Shown in pieces: positions 1 through 8,920 of a stretch of DNA of 64,000 nucleotides; positions within the stretch are counted from its first letter, which is position 1, and each line of letters starts with the position of its first letter. Origin of the DNA: an uncultured delta proteobacterium (GTDB taxonomy: Bacteria; Desulfobacterota; Binatia; Binatales; Binataceae); the NCBI GenBank assembly GCA_963794325.1, contig CAWCDG010000003.1, forward strand, positions 1 through 64,000, given 5' to 3'. Both the position numbers and the translations under genes were made by a program. A model generated the notes under the pieces. The model saw only the letters and a list, made by a program, of their open reading frames with translations, did no database searches and was not told the DNA's origin.

Positions 1-449
1 GCGATGAACGCCAGGAGCAGGGAAAGGAACGCCAATATTGATAACACGAAGGTAGCGACACGCCCGCTATAGGACAATCCAGTGGAAGTGCGAATATAGA
101 CCATGGCGGCGACAATGAAGGGAGTTATCGCCGCAACAAGAGAAATCGTCGCCGTTGACTTTCTCTCTAACTTCTCCTGCCGAGCTTCCTCCGTTTCATA
201 GACGAGCTTGCATATTGAGAGCTGGTCTTTATCGATGGTGCCTTCAGGCTTAGCCTGCGTTATCGACTGAGGAGAGGGAGGAAGATCCTGATAAGAAGAG
301 AGGGTGTGAGAAAACAGGTGACGTACATTCTTACCCCATTGAGCAATGATCTGTCGTGAGATAGGCCGCCGCTCAGGGGATCCCGCAAAATATTGACGTG
401 CTCGTTCCCCTTCTCCATTTGCCTTCGATCGCTGCGATTCTTCGACCAT
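1..449 (-). CDS. Hypothetical membrane protein, 3'-truncated by the window edge
   Basis: Manual translation from ATG 449: MVEESQRSKANGEG...ETEEARQEKLERKSTATISLVAAITPFIVAAMVY...VATFVLSILAFLSLLLAFI, with two hydrophobic helices. Starts 18 bp after the ATP-grasp stop; absent from the ORF track. Confidence 0.7.
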   Translation of the reverse strand, partial: MVEESQRSKANGEGERARQYFAGSPERRPISRQIIAQWGKNVRHLFSHTLSSYQDLPPSPQSITQAKPEGTIDKDQLSICKLVYETEEARQEKLERKSTATISLVAAITPFIVAAMVYIRTSTGLSYSGRVATFVLSILAFLSLLLAFI

Positions 450-467
450 CTTTGTTGAGTTCGGTTA

Positions 468-1404
468 CTAATAAAACAGTTTCACAAAAGCCTTCCGCAT
501 CGGTAGGCCAAGCGTCTGTTCGAGCCAAGCCCACTCGCCGGTCGGGTTCACCTCGAGGAAGAATAAGTCGCCATCAGGAGATCGAACAAAATCGAATGCT
601 CCATACGATAGACGAAGACCTCGAAGAAGCTGCCGACAGCGATCTCGATTCCCGCAGGAATCTTGACCGACCGATAGCGGAGGTGTTCTCCGGGACGGCG
701 CCAATCAAGAGGCTTTGTATCCGGCGAATCGATTTCAACAGCGAACACTTCTCTACCAATAAATGTTACGCGGATATCTGTTCCTTTTGGAACGCGCTTT
801 TGGAGGAGTGTCGGGCACGCCCGGAGCTGTTCGTCGTCACAAAGTTCGTCAGATTCCACTTGCCTCGTGTACACCGCATATCTTTCGCCGCCCTGAGAAA
901 CCAGACCCTGATAGATTGGCTTGCAAATCACACCATCGCGATAAGTAGATTCAAATTCGCGAAGCAAGTCGGGATCGTTGGTGACTATAGTAGGCGGAAT
1001 CATGAGCCCGAGTTCCTGCGCCAGTCGCAATTGGAACACTTTTCTTTCGGCGATTGGTACGCATCGATCGGGTTAACCCAAAGAATTGAGGGATCTAAAA
1101 TCAGCCCTTCGATTAGATGACGGAATTCACCGGCAACGAACGGTCGTTGTGCCGAATAAATGACTTCCGCGCTGCGCGGCGATATCATTCGTCGATACCA
1201 CACACTTCGGATGCTATTCAGGTCCACGCTCCGTCGGCCGATTGTATATCGACGCACCGTCTGAAGGCCGTTCGTCGAAAACAAGTATTCTGCCGCGTTA
1301 AGTTCTTCGGAATTGATCCGGAAGTAGGGGTGACCGGTTTCCATCAAATGGGCGATCAGGAAATCCGCGGTCAGATCTTCTTTGTTCGTAACTATGAGCA
1401 ACAT
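468..1404 (-). CDS. MvdC/MvdD-family ATP-grasp RiPP (graspetide) ligase, split by two apparent frameshifts (~1060, ~645)
   Basis: Three overlapping ORFs join into one protein: [14 protein letters not shown]...VWYRR...WVNP / [23 protein letters not shown]...KP...[14 protein letters not shown]...DWR / YGAFDF...[14 protein letters not shown]. Confidence 0.88.
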
Positions 1405-1425
1405 CGCGAGGGCTTAACCGGATAC

Positions 1426-1857
1426 CTACGACAAATCTTCCGACCAGTGGGTGACGCCAGGTTCTGCAGAATCCGTCGCGTGCTCTGTCTGATCCACCCC
1501 CTCTCTAGTCTCTGTGAGAGTGGTTTCACCGAACTGCGAAGACCTGAGACCTTCCGTCTGATCCGTCCCTTCCCGAGTTCGCGTCAGGACGGTTTCCCCA
1601 AATGACGAAACAGTGCTTGATTCAGATTGGTCTGTTCCCTCGCGAGTTTTCGTAAGAGCTGTTTCGCCGAATTCGGTTGTAGAAAGAGCATTCTCGCCCT
1701 GGACATAGGCCCGTTGAACAAGGGGCGCGCCAGAGTTGGCGTCTATCCACAACTGACGGTCGTTGTCGTAAATCTCCCAAGATCTCGGAGCCTTTTCGGG
1801 GAGTAACAACTGCTTGTTCTTGAGCACAAACGGCTCGATTTTCCCATCAGGTTGCAT
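1426..1857 (-). CDS. Multicore graspetide precursor (leader plus three TxxTxxxExxD cores)
   Basis: GGGAGG RBS before ATG 1857; leader with EPFVL and YDNDRQLW; cores FGETALTKTREGTDQSE, FGETVLTRTREGTDQTE, FGETTLTETREGVDQTE; directly upstream of the ATP-grasp gene. Confidence 0.88.
   Translation of the reverse strand: MQPDGKIEPFVLKNKQLLLPEKAPRSWEIYDNDRQLWIDANSGAPLVQRAYVQGENALSTTEFGETALTKTREGTDQSESSTVSSFGETVLTRTREGTDQTEGLRSSQFGETTLTETREGVDQTEHATDSAEPGVTHWSEDLS
1483..1671 (-). repeat. Three coding repeats with an exact 69-bp (23-aa) period
   Basis: The FGET Phe codons begin at 1671, 1602 and 1533. Confidence 0.9.
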
Positions 1858-2059
1858 GGCAGTACCTCCCATTCGAGGGCATCATTTTAGGTTATCAAGT
1901 TTCAATCCGAGTCCGAAGGAGCATCCGGCCCAACAAACCGGACTGACAGGCATGATGAATCTGTCGCAACCGACGAATTGGATGGTGGTCTCATTTTGCC
2001 GCCGAATAAGAGGTGAGCGCCAGAGACGAGTATGTAAGGACCGATCTTCGTCAAAATTG

Positions 2060-2297
2060 CTACGGTGTAGTGCCACCCTTCCGGTCCGACCGGACAAAAA
2101 ACTCTGCCACTTGAACGTCGAGGGCTCTCGGCGAGCTTCACGATGGTCGCCAACGAAGGGCTGCGCTTGCCGCGCAGGATCTGCGACAAGTGCCCTTTCG
2201 AGAAATCTGTTTCAAGATAGAAGCGATCCAGCGAGCCGTATTTCTGGATTACGATCTCGCGCAGCCTTCGGCGGAATAGAGCCTCCTCGTTTGCCAC
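2060..2297 (-). CDS. XRE-family HTH regulator with an apparent frameshift at ~2128
   Basis: SKGHLSQILRGKRSPSLATIVKLA; removing one base continues RALDVQVAEFF...TP* to TAG at 2060. Confidence 0.7.
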
Positions 2298-2408
2298 ATC
2301 GCGCGTGTAGCAAAAGCAGGCTGGCCCAGCGTTTGCAATTGCAAACGCTGGATACTGTCAGCGATGAGTGAAACGATCAATGGCCCCGCGACGCGAGGCG
2401 AAGTTTCT

Positions 2409-3389
2409 TCACGAGCTACCATTGCGCCCGTTACGATAAGGGTGTCCGTTGAGATGCCCATTCGTTTCGTGCACTTCGTAGCGTTGAAGCCGATTGTAGA
2501 GGTTCCGTCGGCTCATTCCGAGAAGATTGGATGCGCGAGCCTTATTTCCTCCGGCGAAGGCCAAGGTCCGGAAAATCAACTCGCGTTCGACCTCGCACAT
2601 TGCCGAGCCGACGCGAACCATGAAGTGCGCTTCTGCGGCATGGGAAGGAACGGACTCCATAGGCAGATCTCTTGCCGAGAGCATCGAAGAGGGGCACCTG
2701 ATAACTGCGCGTTGGACGACATTGCGCAACTCTCGAACGTTTCCGGGCCACGCGTGAGCTCGGAGGACATCGAGACAGTCTTGGCCCATGCCTTGGACTT
2801 TTTTCTTGTGTTCCCGATTGAATTCCTGGATGAAGTGCCCGACGAGCAAAGGCAAATCCTCGAGCCGGTCGCGCAGCGGAGGCAGCTCGACGGTGTAAAC
2901 GTTAAGACGGTAGTAGAGGTCCTCGCGCAATCGCCCCTCGCGGATCGCTTGATGCAGCGAACGATTGGATGCGGCGAAGACGCGCACGTCGATCGGCAGG
3001 TCTTTGCTTGCGCCGAGACGGAGAATTCTCTTCTCTTCGAGAACACGGAGCAGTTTGGCCTGCATCTCCGGCCGCATCTCGGTGATCTCGTCGAGCAGAA
3101 GGCTGCCGCCGTTCGCCCGCTCGAAGCATCCCTCGCGGCGGCGATCAGCGCCCGTAAAGGCCCCGCGCTCGTGGCCGAACAGTTCGCTTTCGATCAGGCT
3201 TTCAGGGACTGCCGCGCAATTGATTGCGACGTACGGTCGGTTTTGCCGCGGCGATCTGTCGTGGATCGCGCGTGCGGCCAGCTCTTTCCCCGTACCGCTC
3301 TCGCCAGTGATGATCACCGGCGCGCTCGTAGGAGCGGCTTCTTCAATCAGGCGTATGGCCCGGCGTATCGCTAGCGACTGACCAACCAA
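2409..3389 (-). CDS. Sigma54-dependent enhancer-binding protein (AAA+ plus Fis HTH) with no N-terminal sensor domain
   Basis: GESGTGKE, GAFTGA, LLLDE, REDLYYRL, WPGNVREL and C-terminal GNKARASNLLGMSRRNLY; the protein begins at the AAA domain. Confidence 0.9.
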   Translation of the reverse strand: MVGQSLAIRRAIRLIEEAAPTSAPVIITGESGTGKELAARAIHDRSPRQNRPYVAINCAAVPESLIESELFGHERGAFTGADRRREGCFERANGGSLLLDEITEMRPEMQAKLLRVLEEKRILRLGASKDLPIDVRVFAASNRSLHQAIREGRLREDLYYRLNVYTVELPPLRDRLEDLPLLVGHFIQEFNREHKKKVQGMGQDCLDVLRAHAWPGNVRELRNVVQRAVIRCPSSMLSARDLPMESVPSHAAEAHFMVRVGSAMCEVERELIFRTLAFAGGNKARASNLLGMSRRNLYNRLQRYEVHETNGHLNGHPYRNGRNGSS

Positions 3390-3457
3390 TGTTCGCTCGC
3401 GAGATACAAAATCACAACCCCCCGCCCCGCCGGCACGTTCGCAGAAAATAATCGGGC

Positions 3458-3466
3458 TGTGGATAA
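3458..3466 (-). promoter_or_regulatory. Perfect DnaA box (TTATCCACA)
   Basis: TGTGGATAA on the + strand, upstream of the bEBP gene. Confidence 0.4.
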
Positions 3467-3672
3467 GTTGTCAACAGGTTAATTTTGGTGACATTCTGCT
3501 GTTCACAGAATCTTAATAGTAGCGTCAGCTACTCTTGGCGACGGCTTCCTTTCCGTCCTAACTCGGACTCCAGGGAGCGATATCGTCAAATCATCGTGTT
3601 TCCATTTGATCGCTCAACCTCTCCACCCGCGCCACAGGCGCAATCTAGACTGTTCCGCCGGACGCCGTGCTC

Positions 3673-3763
3673 TGTGTGCAAAGTTTGCACACATGTAGGA
3701 GAGCAAGCCAAATTCCGAAATCGCCACGGACACTTACGATCGTGTGTGCAAAGATTGCACATG
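3673..3763. promoter_or_regulatory. Pair of palindromic operator/UAS sites, TGTGCA-N5-TGCACA
   Basis: TGTGTGCAAAGTTTGCACACA (3673-3693, perfect palindrome) and TGTGTGCAAAGATTGCACATG (3743-3763), 70 bp apart. Confidence 0.7.
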
Positions 3764-3868
3764 CACACATGCATTTTGGCCGTTTGATCGCCGAATCGGT
3801 CCACACCTCCGTCTCGATCAGAACGGCCTGAACATGAACGGTCATGCCTTGCGCATAGAATCCAAAAG

Positions 3869-3884
3869 CGGCACTGCAGTTGCT
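3869..3884 (+). promoter_or_regulatory. Sigma54 -24/-12 promoter upstream of the excisionase-like gene
   Basis: CGGCACTGCAGTTGCT (GG-N10-GC, close to consensus TGGCACG-N4-TTGCW), about 60 bp before ATG 3945. Confidence 0.65.
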
Positions 3885-3944
3885 CAATGACGCGTCGGAT
3901 GAGTGTGTGTGGTTGCGGGGATCTTTCGATGCCGGGGGTCTTCT

Positions 3945-4349
3945 ATGTCGTACCAACCGCCGCACCAAATCACTTCGCGGACAACATTGTCGTCCGCGAC
4001 TATCGAGGAACTCCTCACAGATCCATCGCGTACAAGAGGGTTGGTCCTCGAATCGGTGCCCGAACTTCTAACGCAAGTTGCGTCGCGCGTCGCGTCGCTG
4101 AAAACACTCGAGGGCGCGCTGCTCGCCCTGATGCTAAGTCAGCGGGTCGCGAACGGCGGCGCCAGGAACGTCGGCAGTGCGCTTCTGGCTGCGCCCGAAC
4201 TCGCCAAGCTCTTCTGCGTCCCGGAATCGTGGGTCAGAGAACAGGCTCGCCTCGGCAACCTTCCATCGTTCAAACTCGGCCACTACGTTCGCTTCCGGAT
4301 TGAAGAAGTCGAACGCTACCTCACAGAACGCGCCAATCAAGCCGCTTGA
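3945..4349 (+). CDS. Excisionase-family (HTH_17-like) DNA-binding protein
   Basis: C-terminal LLAAPELAKLFCVPESWVREQARLGNLPSFKLGHYVRFRIEEVERYL; GGGGGT RBS; upstream of the integrase. Confidence 0.75.
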   Translation: MSYQPPHQITSRTTLSSATIEELLTDPSRTRGLVLESVPELLTQVASRVASLKTLEGALLALMLSQRVANGGARNVGSALLAAPELAKLFCVPESWVREQARLGNLPSFKLGHYVRFRIEEVERYLTERANQAA

Positions 4350-4366
4350 CTTCCGCTTCTGTCGTG

Positions 4367-4383
4367 CTATACGCTGCGTATAG
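4367..4383. promoter_or_regulatory. Palindromic operator CTATACGC-T-GCGTATAG, overlapping a likely sigma70 promoter of the XRE gene
   Basis: Perfect 8-1-8 inverted repeat ending just before ATG 4385; TTGACT at 4346. Confidence 0.6.
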
Positions 4384-4384
4384 T

Positions 4385-4576
4385 ATGACTGCGGTGGAAA
4401 TTCGTGCGCTCAGAGAGAAATTGGGCTGGACTCAGATGGCCTTGGCCGAGGCCGTGGGAGTAACCTCGAACACCGTGGCTCGCTGGGAGCGCGGCGAAAT
4501 GGCGATCTCCGAACCGGCCTCCAGACTGCTCCAAAAAATCGCCGCCGAAGAAAAGTTGCGGATTGGGAAGAGGTGA
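4385..4576 (+). CDS. XRE-family HTH regulator
   Basis: IRALREKLGWTQMALAEAVGVTSNTVARWERGE. Confidence 0.85.
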   Translation: MTAVEIRALREKLGWTQMALAEAVGVTSNTVARWERGEMAISEPASRLLQKIAAEEKLRIGKR

Positions 4577-4583
4577 GGGCGCC

Positions 4584-5848
4584 ATGGCTTCAATCAAACG
4601 GTTCCACGAGAGCGGATGTAAGGGCGAGAATTGCGAGTGCGCGTGGCGGCTTGACTACCGGCCTCTCGGAACTAGGGGGCCACGCAAGCGGCTTTATTTC
4701 CCGACCAAGAAGGCGGCTGAGAAGCATCTTGCCCAGACATCCATAAAGGTCACGCGCGGCGAGTATCTCGACCGCAGGCAAGTTCCCACATTCGCCGTCA
4801 CGGCGGGGCAATGGCTCGAGTCCAAGATGGACCGCAGGCCCAGCTACACCGAGGCGCTGCGCGCCCGCCTCAACATTTATCTTCTGCCGCGCTTCGGCCC
4901 TCTGCGTCTCGACCAAGTTTCCGTCGCACCCATCGAAAAGATGCGCGACGACATGCGCGAGCTCGGCCGCTCCACGATTACGATCAACGCGACCATCCGA
5001 ATGATTGGCGGCATTTATCAAATGGCAATCCGCCGCGGCCTCTGCACAGCCAATCCCGCCGACCGCGTCGAACGCGCCTTCGCGGGAGACCGAGAACTCA
5101 ACGGCGGCGAAGATATCCAAGCCGACCAGGCAACCCCTGAGACGGTGCTATCGCCGGAAGAAATCAGCGTCATGCTCGGCAACGCCGATCCCGGCCTCTA
5201 CAAAACTCTCCTCACGTTTCTTGCCGCAACGGGCCTGCGCTCCGGGGAGGCGCTGGCCCTGCGCTGGTCCGATTGCCAGCTCGGCGGACCCGAGCCAAAG
5301 ATTTTTGTCCGGCGCTCCCTCTCCTGGACGCGCGTTCATGGCGAGGACGTGCGCCCGCGCTTCTATCCACCGAAAACAAAATCCGGCCACCGAGCGATCA
5401 CCATCCCGCCGGAACTCGCGACCGTCCTCAAAAAATGGCAGCTACAGTGCCCTCCGGGAGAACACGAGCTTGTCTTCCCAAATCCGAAGGGAAGCCCCTG
5501 AGGCGGTCTGTAGCCCTCCGGCGCGGCCTCTGGCCCGCGCTCCGTAGGGCAGGGCTCCGGCGCGTCAATATCCACAGCCTACGGCATTCGTTCGCATCCG
5601 CCCTGATCGCGGCAGGCAGCCCCGTCACAGAAGTGCAATCCATCCTTGGTCACAGCTCGCCGGCGATCACCCTAAACGTCTACGCGCATTGGTTCCGCGC
5701 GACCAAGACGACGGCTATGGCGAGCGTCGTCCGAAACCTGCTTAAGACCGGACCGAAAAAAAGTGGGCAAAAAGTGGACAAAAATAGAGTGCCGAGCATC
5801 GCGCCCGGCGAGGGGCGCCTCGCCCAGATTTCTCAAAACCCCTTATAA
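4584..5848 (+). CDS. Tyrosine recombinase/integrase with an apparent frameshift at ~5485
   Basis: GLRSGE, PKTK, then (second frame) HSLRH, LGHS and VY catalytic residues; adjacent to the tRNA. Confidence 0.9.
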
Positions 5849-5866
5849 TACTTGGTCTAAAAGAGA

Positions 5867-5950
5867 TGGTGCGAGAGGGGGGACTTGAACCCCCACGCCT
5901 TGCGGCACTGGATCCTAAGTCCAGCGCGTCTGCCATTCCGCCACTCTCGC
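5867..5950 (-). tRNA. tRNA-Leu(TAG)
   Basis: GCGAGAG acceptor stem, CTGGA-CTTAGGA-TCCAG anticodon arm, long variable arm, GGTTCAAGTCC T-arm, CCA end. Confidence 0.97.
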
Positions 5951-6369
5951 GTGAGTTAGAAAATATTGGAAAACCGGGACCGGTTGAAGGGCCGCATTGC
6001 TATTGAGGCGGCTTCTTCACGACGGGGCTCTTGGCAACAGATCGGGGGGTCGGCGCGGACGCGTTCAGCCTTCGCGATAAGCGCGGACAGCTTCCGAAAG
6101 CGTGGGCGACTCGATCAGCAACGTCAACGTTCGGCTTCCGCTCGCCGGGCTCCATAGAGACAAACGTAGGGGTGTTGGATGCCGGGTGGAGAACGGCGGC
6201 CGGCTTGTCCAAAGCCATCACCTTCAGGAGCCGGCATTCAGGTCAAGACTCGCGACAGAGAGTCATGAATCGAAACTTCGCTCGATGACGTACTAGTTGT
6301 GGGTTTGTAAAAACCTAAACATTCATTCATGTCTGATTGTTTCGAAATGTCATCACGCTGAAGTCGACG

Positions 6370-6786
6370 ATGAAAGAGCGACAATTAGGCGACATCTTAA
6401 AAATTCTCCGCGAGAAAAGCGGGCTAACACAGCGCGAATTGGCGCGCAGCGTCAGGGCGACAGCTTCGCACATTGCTTTTATCGAGTCTGGCAGGCGGCG
6501 TCCCTCGCATTCTCTCCTATTCAGGTTGTCGCGTAGTCTGCAGGACAACCAGCAGGAACTATTCCTGGTCGCCTATCCCGAATTGGGACCGCTTACATTG
6601 CCCCACCCACGAACCGATAGGCGCGAGTCCACATGGCGCCGCTTCGTTGCCTGCGCGAGCCGATATTCGGTAACTCCTGAGGAGATGGCAGTTCTGCGGA
6701 AGATATCCCGGTTGAGCAAGATTTCGTCGCCGGATTCATATTTCTGGATTCTGAATTCGATCAGGCAGTCATTCGAAGAAGACTGA
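6370..6786 (+). CDS. XRE-family transcriptional regulator
   Basis: LKILREKSGLTQRELARSV...IAFIESGRRRPS. Confidence 0.8.
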   Translation: MKERQLGDILKILREKSGLTQRELARSVRATASHIAFIESGRRRPSHSLLFRLSRSLQDNQQELFLVAYPELGPLTLPHPRTDRRESTWRRFVACASRYSVTPEEMAVLRKISRLSKISSPDSYFWILNSIRQSFEED

Positions 6787-6842
6787 TTTCGACGGAAACA
6801 CAGTCGGCTGCCGCATCCCTCGCGTCGAGAGGGCAGCGTTTT

Positions 6843-7184
6843 CTATGCGTCATTGCGGTATTTTCCATTCTTGGGGAGGTGCGCGCGTGCGACTTCAAAT
6901 CGTAGGTCTTTGAGTCCGCGCACCATCCGGCGCAAGGCACGAGCCTCGCCAGTGAGAATCTTTGACACCTCCGCGTCGAACACGCTCTCGGCGGCGATCA
7001 TCGCTATCTCTGTTGCGCCGTTTTCGATCTCGTTTCCGACAAATTTCAGTTCCTTGACGAGAGCGTTCTGGTCCGCTTGAAAGCAGCTTCGTTCGCTATG
7101 CAGCTCAGACCTGATATGACTCCTTGTCTGGTTGTGTTTCGAATGTCGAATAGACACAAGCAACCCCCCTGAGTGTTTATGCAT
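6843..7184 (-). CDS. Small helical hypothetical protein, paralog of 7468-7731; start uncertain
   Basis: Shares TEI(A/S)M(I/V)AAE(S/N)VFD and AR.L.RM.R.L.DL with the neighbouring ORF. Confidence 0.6.
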   Translation of the reverse strand: MHKHSGGLLVSIRHSKHNQTRSHIRSELHSERSCFQADQNALVKELKFVGNEIENGATEIAMIAAESVFDAEVSKILTGEARALRRMVRGLKDLRFEVARAHLPKNGKYRNDA

Positions 7185-7299
7185 GACTGAAGTTATTTAA
7201 GTGCACAACTCAGTGTTTGACAATAAGGGACGTTTTTGACATTTAGTGGCATCTGTCGTAACAATTAGGTGATGCCGAAGCCTGGTCCGTAGCGCCAGC

Positions 7300-7449
7300 C
7301 TGACCGACTACCTCGAAGTCGTCGCCGAGATGCTCGGCTTCTCCGACTTGAGTGCGTTTTCGCGCTGGTTCAAGCGACGCTTGGGGCTCAGTATTTCGGT
7401 ATGGCGGGCGATCAATCAGACGAGCGGCAAATCTCAAACTGTGCTTTAG
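7300..7449 (+). pseudogene. AraC-family C-terminal HTH remnant
   Basis: Manual translation EVVAEMLGFSDLSAFSRWFKRRLGLS...*; no N-terminal part, in-frame stop just upstream. Confidence 0.65.
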
Positions 7450-7467
7450 GGTGCTGGGCCGGTCGCG

Positions 7468-7731
7468 CTACTTCCTCGCACGGTGGAATTTCGCCCAGGC
7501 CAGCCTCTTGCCCAAGTCGTCCAGGCGTCGGGCCATGCGGTCAAGCTCGCGCGCCTTTCGCTTGAGTTTTGCGGACAGGGGCTTGTCGAACACGTTCTCG
7601 GCCGCGACCATCGAAATTTCGGTCAGCGCACGTCGGATAGTGAGCTGAACATCCTTCACCTGACCGATGAGGACGCTTCGGTCGAATTCAAAGACATATC
7701 GTTCGCCTTCTATTTTGGATCCCGGTCTCAA
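7468..7731 (-). CDS. Small helical hypothetical protein, paralog of 6843-7184
   Basis: TEISMVAAENVFD motif shared with the paralog. Confidence 0.6.
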   Translation of the reverse strand: MRPGSKIEGERYVFEFDRSVLIGQVKDVQLTIRRALTEISMVAAENVFDKPLSAKLKRKARELDRMARRLDDLGKRLAWAKFHRARK

Positions 7732-8140
7732 TCACGAACCGCTTCCTTGGCGAACTTCGAGCCGCCAAACGGACGTGCCAATTGACCAAGGCGCCTAAAG
7801 CCAGCGCAGCAAACGAGCTGGTTTGGAGAACAACCGGACTATGACAAGTTGTCTGGCACAGCGGAAGAAGGCATGGAACACAAACAACATCGGCTCGACG
7901 AATCGAGTTGGAGATTTGCGACTTTGGCTTGACTCACTGTCGATCCAAATCCAGATCGAAATAGATGAGACGAAAATAAATACATAACCGTTTCCGGTTC
8001 TTGACGATGCCAGAGGAATGCTGCATCTAGTTCTCCAGGCTTGCGCAAATGTCGAGTATGCCCAAGGCTCTGGGCAGGTTTGGGGGGCGTTACTCACAGA
8101 AGAACGATGGGCAGGCTGATTGCCGAAACTAAAGACCACC

Positions 8141-8902
8141 ATGCGACTGAAAGAAAAAGTTGCGATTGTAACCGGCGCAGCGAGCGGCATCGGCCGTTCG
8201 ACAGCAATCCTCTTTGCTCGTGAAGGTGCGCGCCTCGTACTGAACGACATCGACGCGCAAGGGCTGAACGAACTCGTGCGGACGCTGCCGAACGAAGGTG
8301 TGCGCTGCGTCATCGGCAGCGTGGCGGACGAGGACGTTGCGCGACGGCTCGCGGGTGAGGCGATCGCGGCGTTTGGCTGTGTCGATATTTTGGTAAACAA
8401 CGCCGGTGTTCACTTCGTCAAGGACATCACCGAGATGACCGTCGAGGAGTGGGACCGGCTGATGGACGTCAATCTGAAAAGCATGTTTCTGTGCTGCAAG
8501 CATGTCATCCCGCACATGCTCGAGCGCCGGAAAGGAGCGATCGTCAATCTGGCGTCGATCTCATCGTTCATCGGACAGGAGATGAACGGCGCGAGCACTT
8601 TCGCCTACAACATCACCAAGGCCGGCGCACTGCAGCTCACGAAGTCACTCGCGACGCGTTACGCGTCCGACGGCATTCGCGTCAACTGTGTATGTCCCGG
8701 CAACGTTGAGACCAACATCCTCAAGCGGCCCACGCAGGCTGAAGTTGCGGAGTTCTGGCGCGACGCATCGCGCGCGGAGCCGGTCGGACGGAACGCGCAG
8801 CCCGAGGAGATCGCCAACGCAATTCTGTTCCTTGCGTCGGACGAGTCCTCGTTCGTTACCGGTACCCCGCTGATCATCGATGGCGGATATCTGGCGCGCT
8901 AG
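8141..8902 (+). CDS. SDR-family oxidoreductase
   Basis: TGAASGIG, NNAG, YNITK, IIDGG. Confidence 0.93.
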   Translation: MRLKEKVAIVTGAASGIGRSTAILFAREGARLVLNDIDAQGLNELVRTLPNEGVRCVIGSVADEDVARRLAGEAIAAFGCVDILVNNAGVHFVKDITEMTVEEWDRLMDVNLKSMFLCCKHVIPHMLERRKGAIVNLASISSFIGQEMNGASTFAYNITKAGALQLTKSLATRYASDGIRVNCVCPGNVETNILKRPTQAEVAEFWRDASRAEPVGRNAQPEEIANAILFLASDESSFVTGTPLIIDGGYLAR

Positions 8903-8920
8903 AAAATCCGGCGGGGCTTC

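Larger units (their letters stand above)
1..5866. mobile_element. Integrative element (genomic island) at the 3' end of tRNA-Leu; left boundary lies outside the window
   Basis: Tyrosine integrase abuts the tRNA CCA end; adjacent excisionase-like and XRE genes; visibly AT-richer cargo at 1-2100; no second att copy seen in the window. Confidence 0.8.

Noticed and set aside
398-1605. Plus-strand ORFs 398-1120 and 1117-1605
   Set aside because: Antisense shadows of the ATP-grasp and precursor genes, with no recognisable motifs
1483-1671. 69-bp periodic repeats as a CRISPR array
   Set aside because: The repeats are in frame and conserved at protein rather than DNA level; no cas genes are present
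5470-5500. Programmed frameshift in the integrase
   Set aside because: No convincing slippery heptamer, and similar one-base breaks in neighbouring genes point to error or decay
6000-6221. Possible degenerate XRE fragment (EPGERKPNVDVADRVAHAFG)
   Set aside because: Similarity is limited to one helix, which is too weak to call
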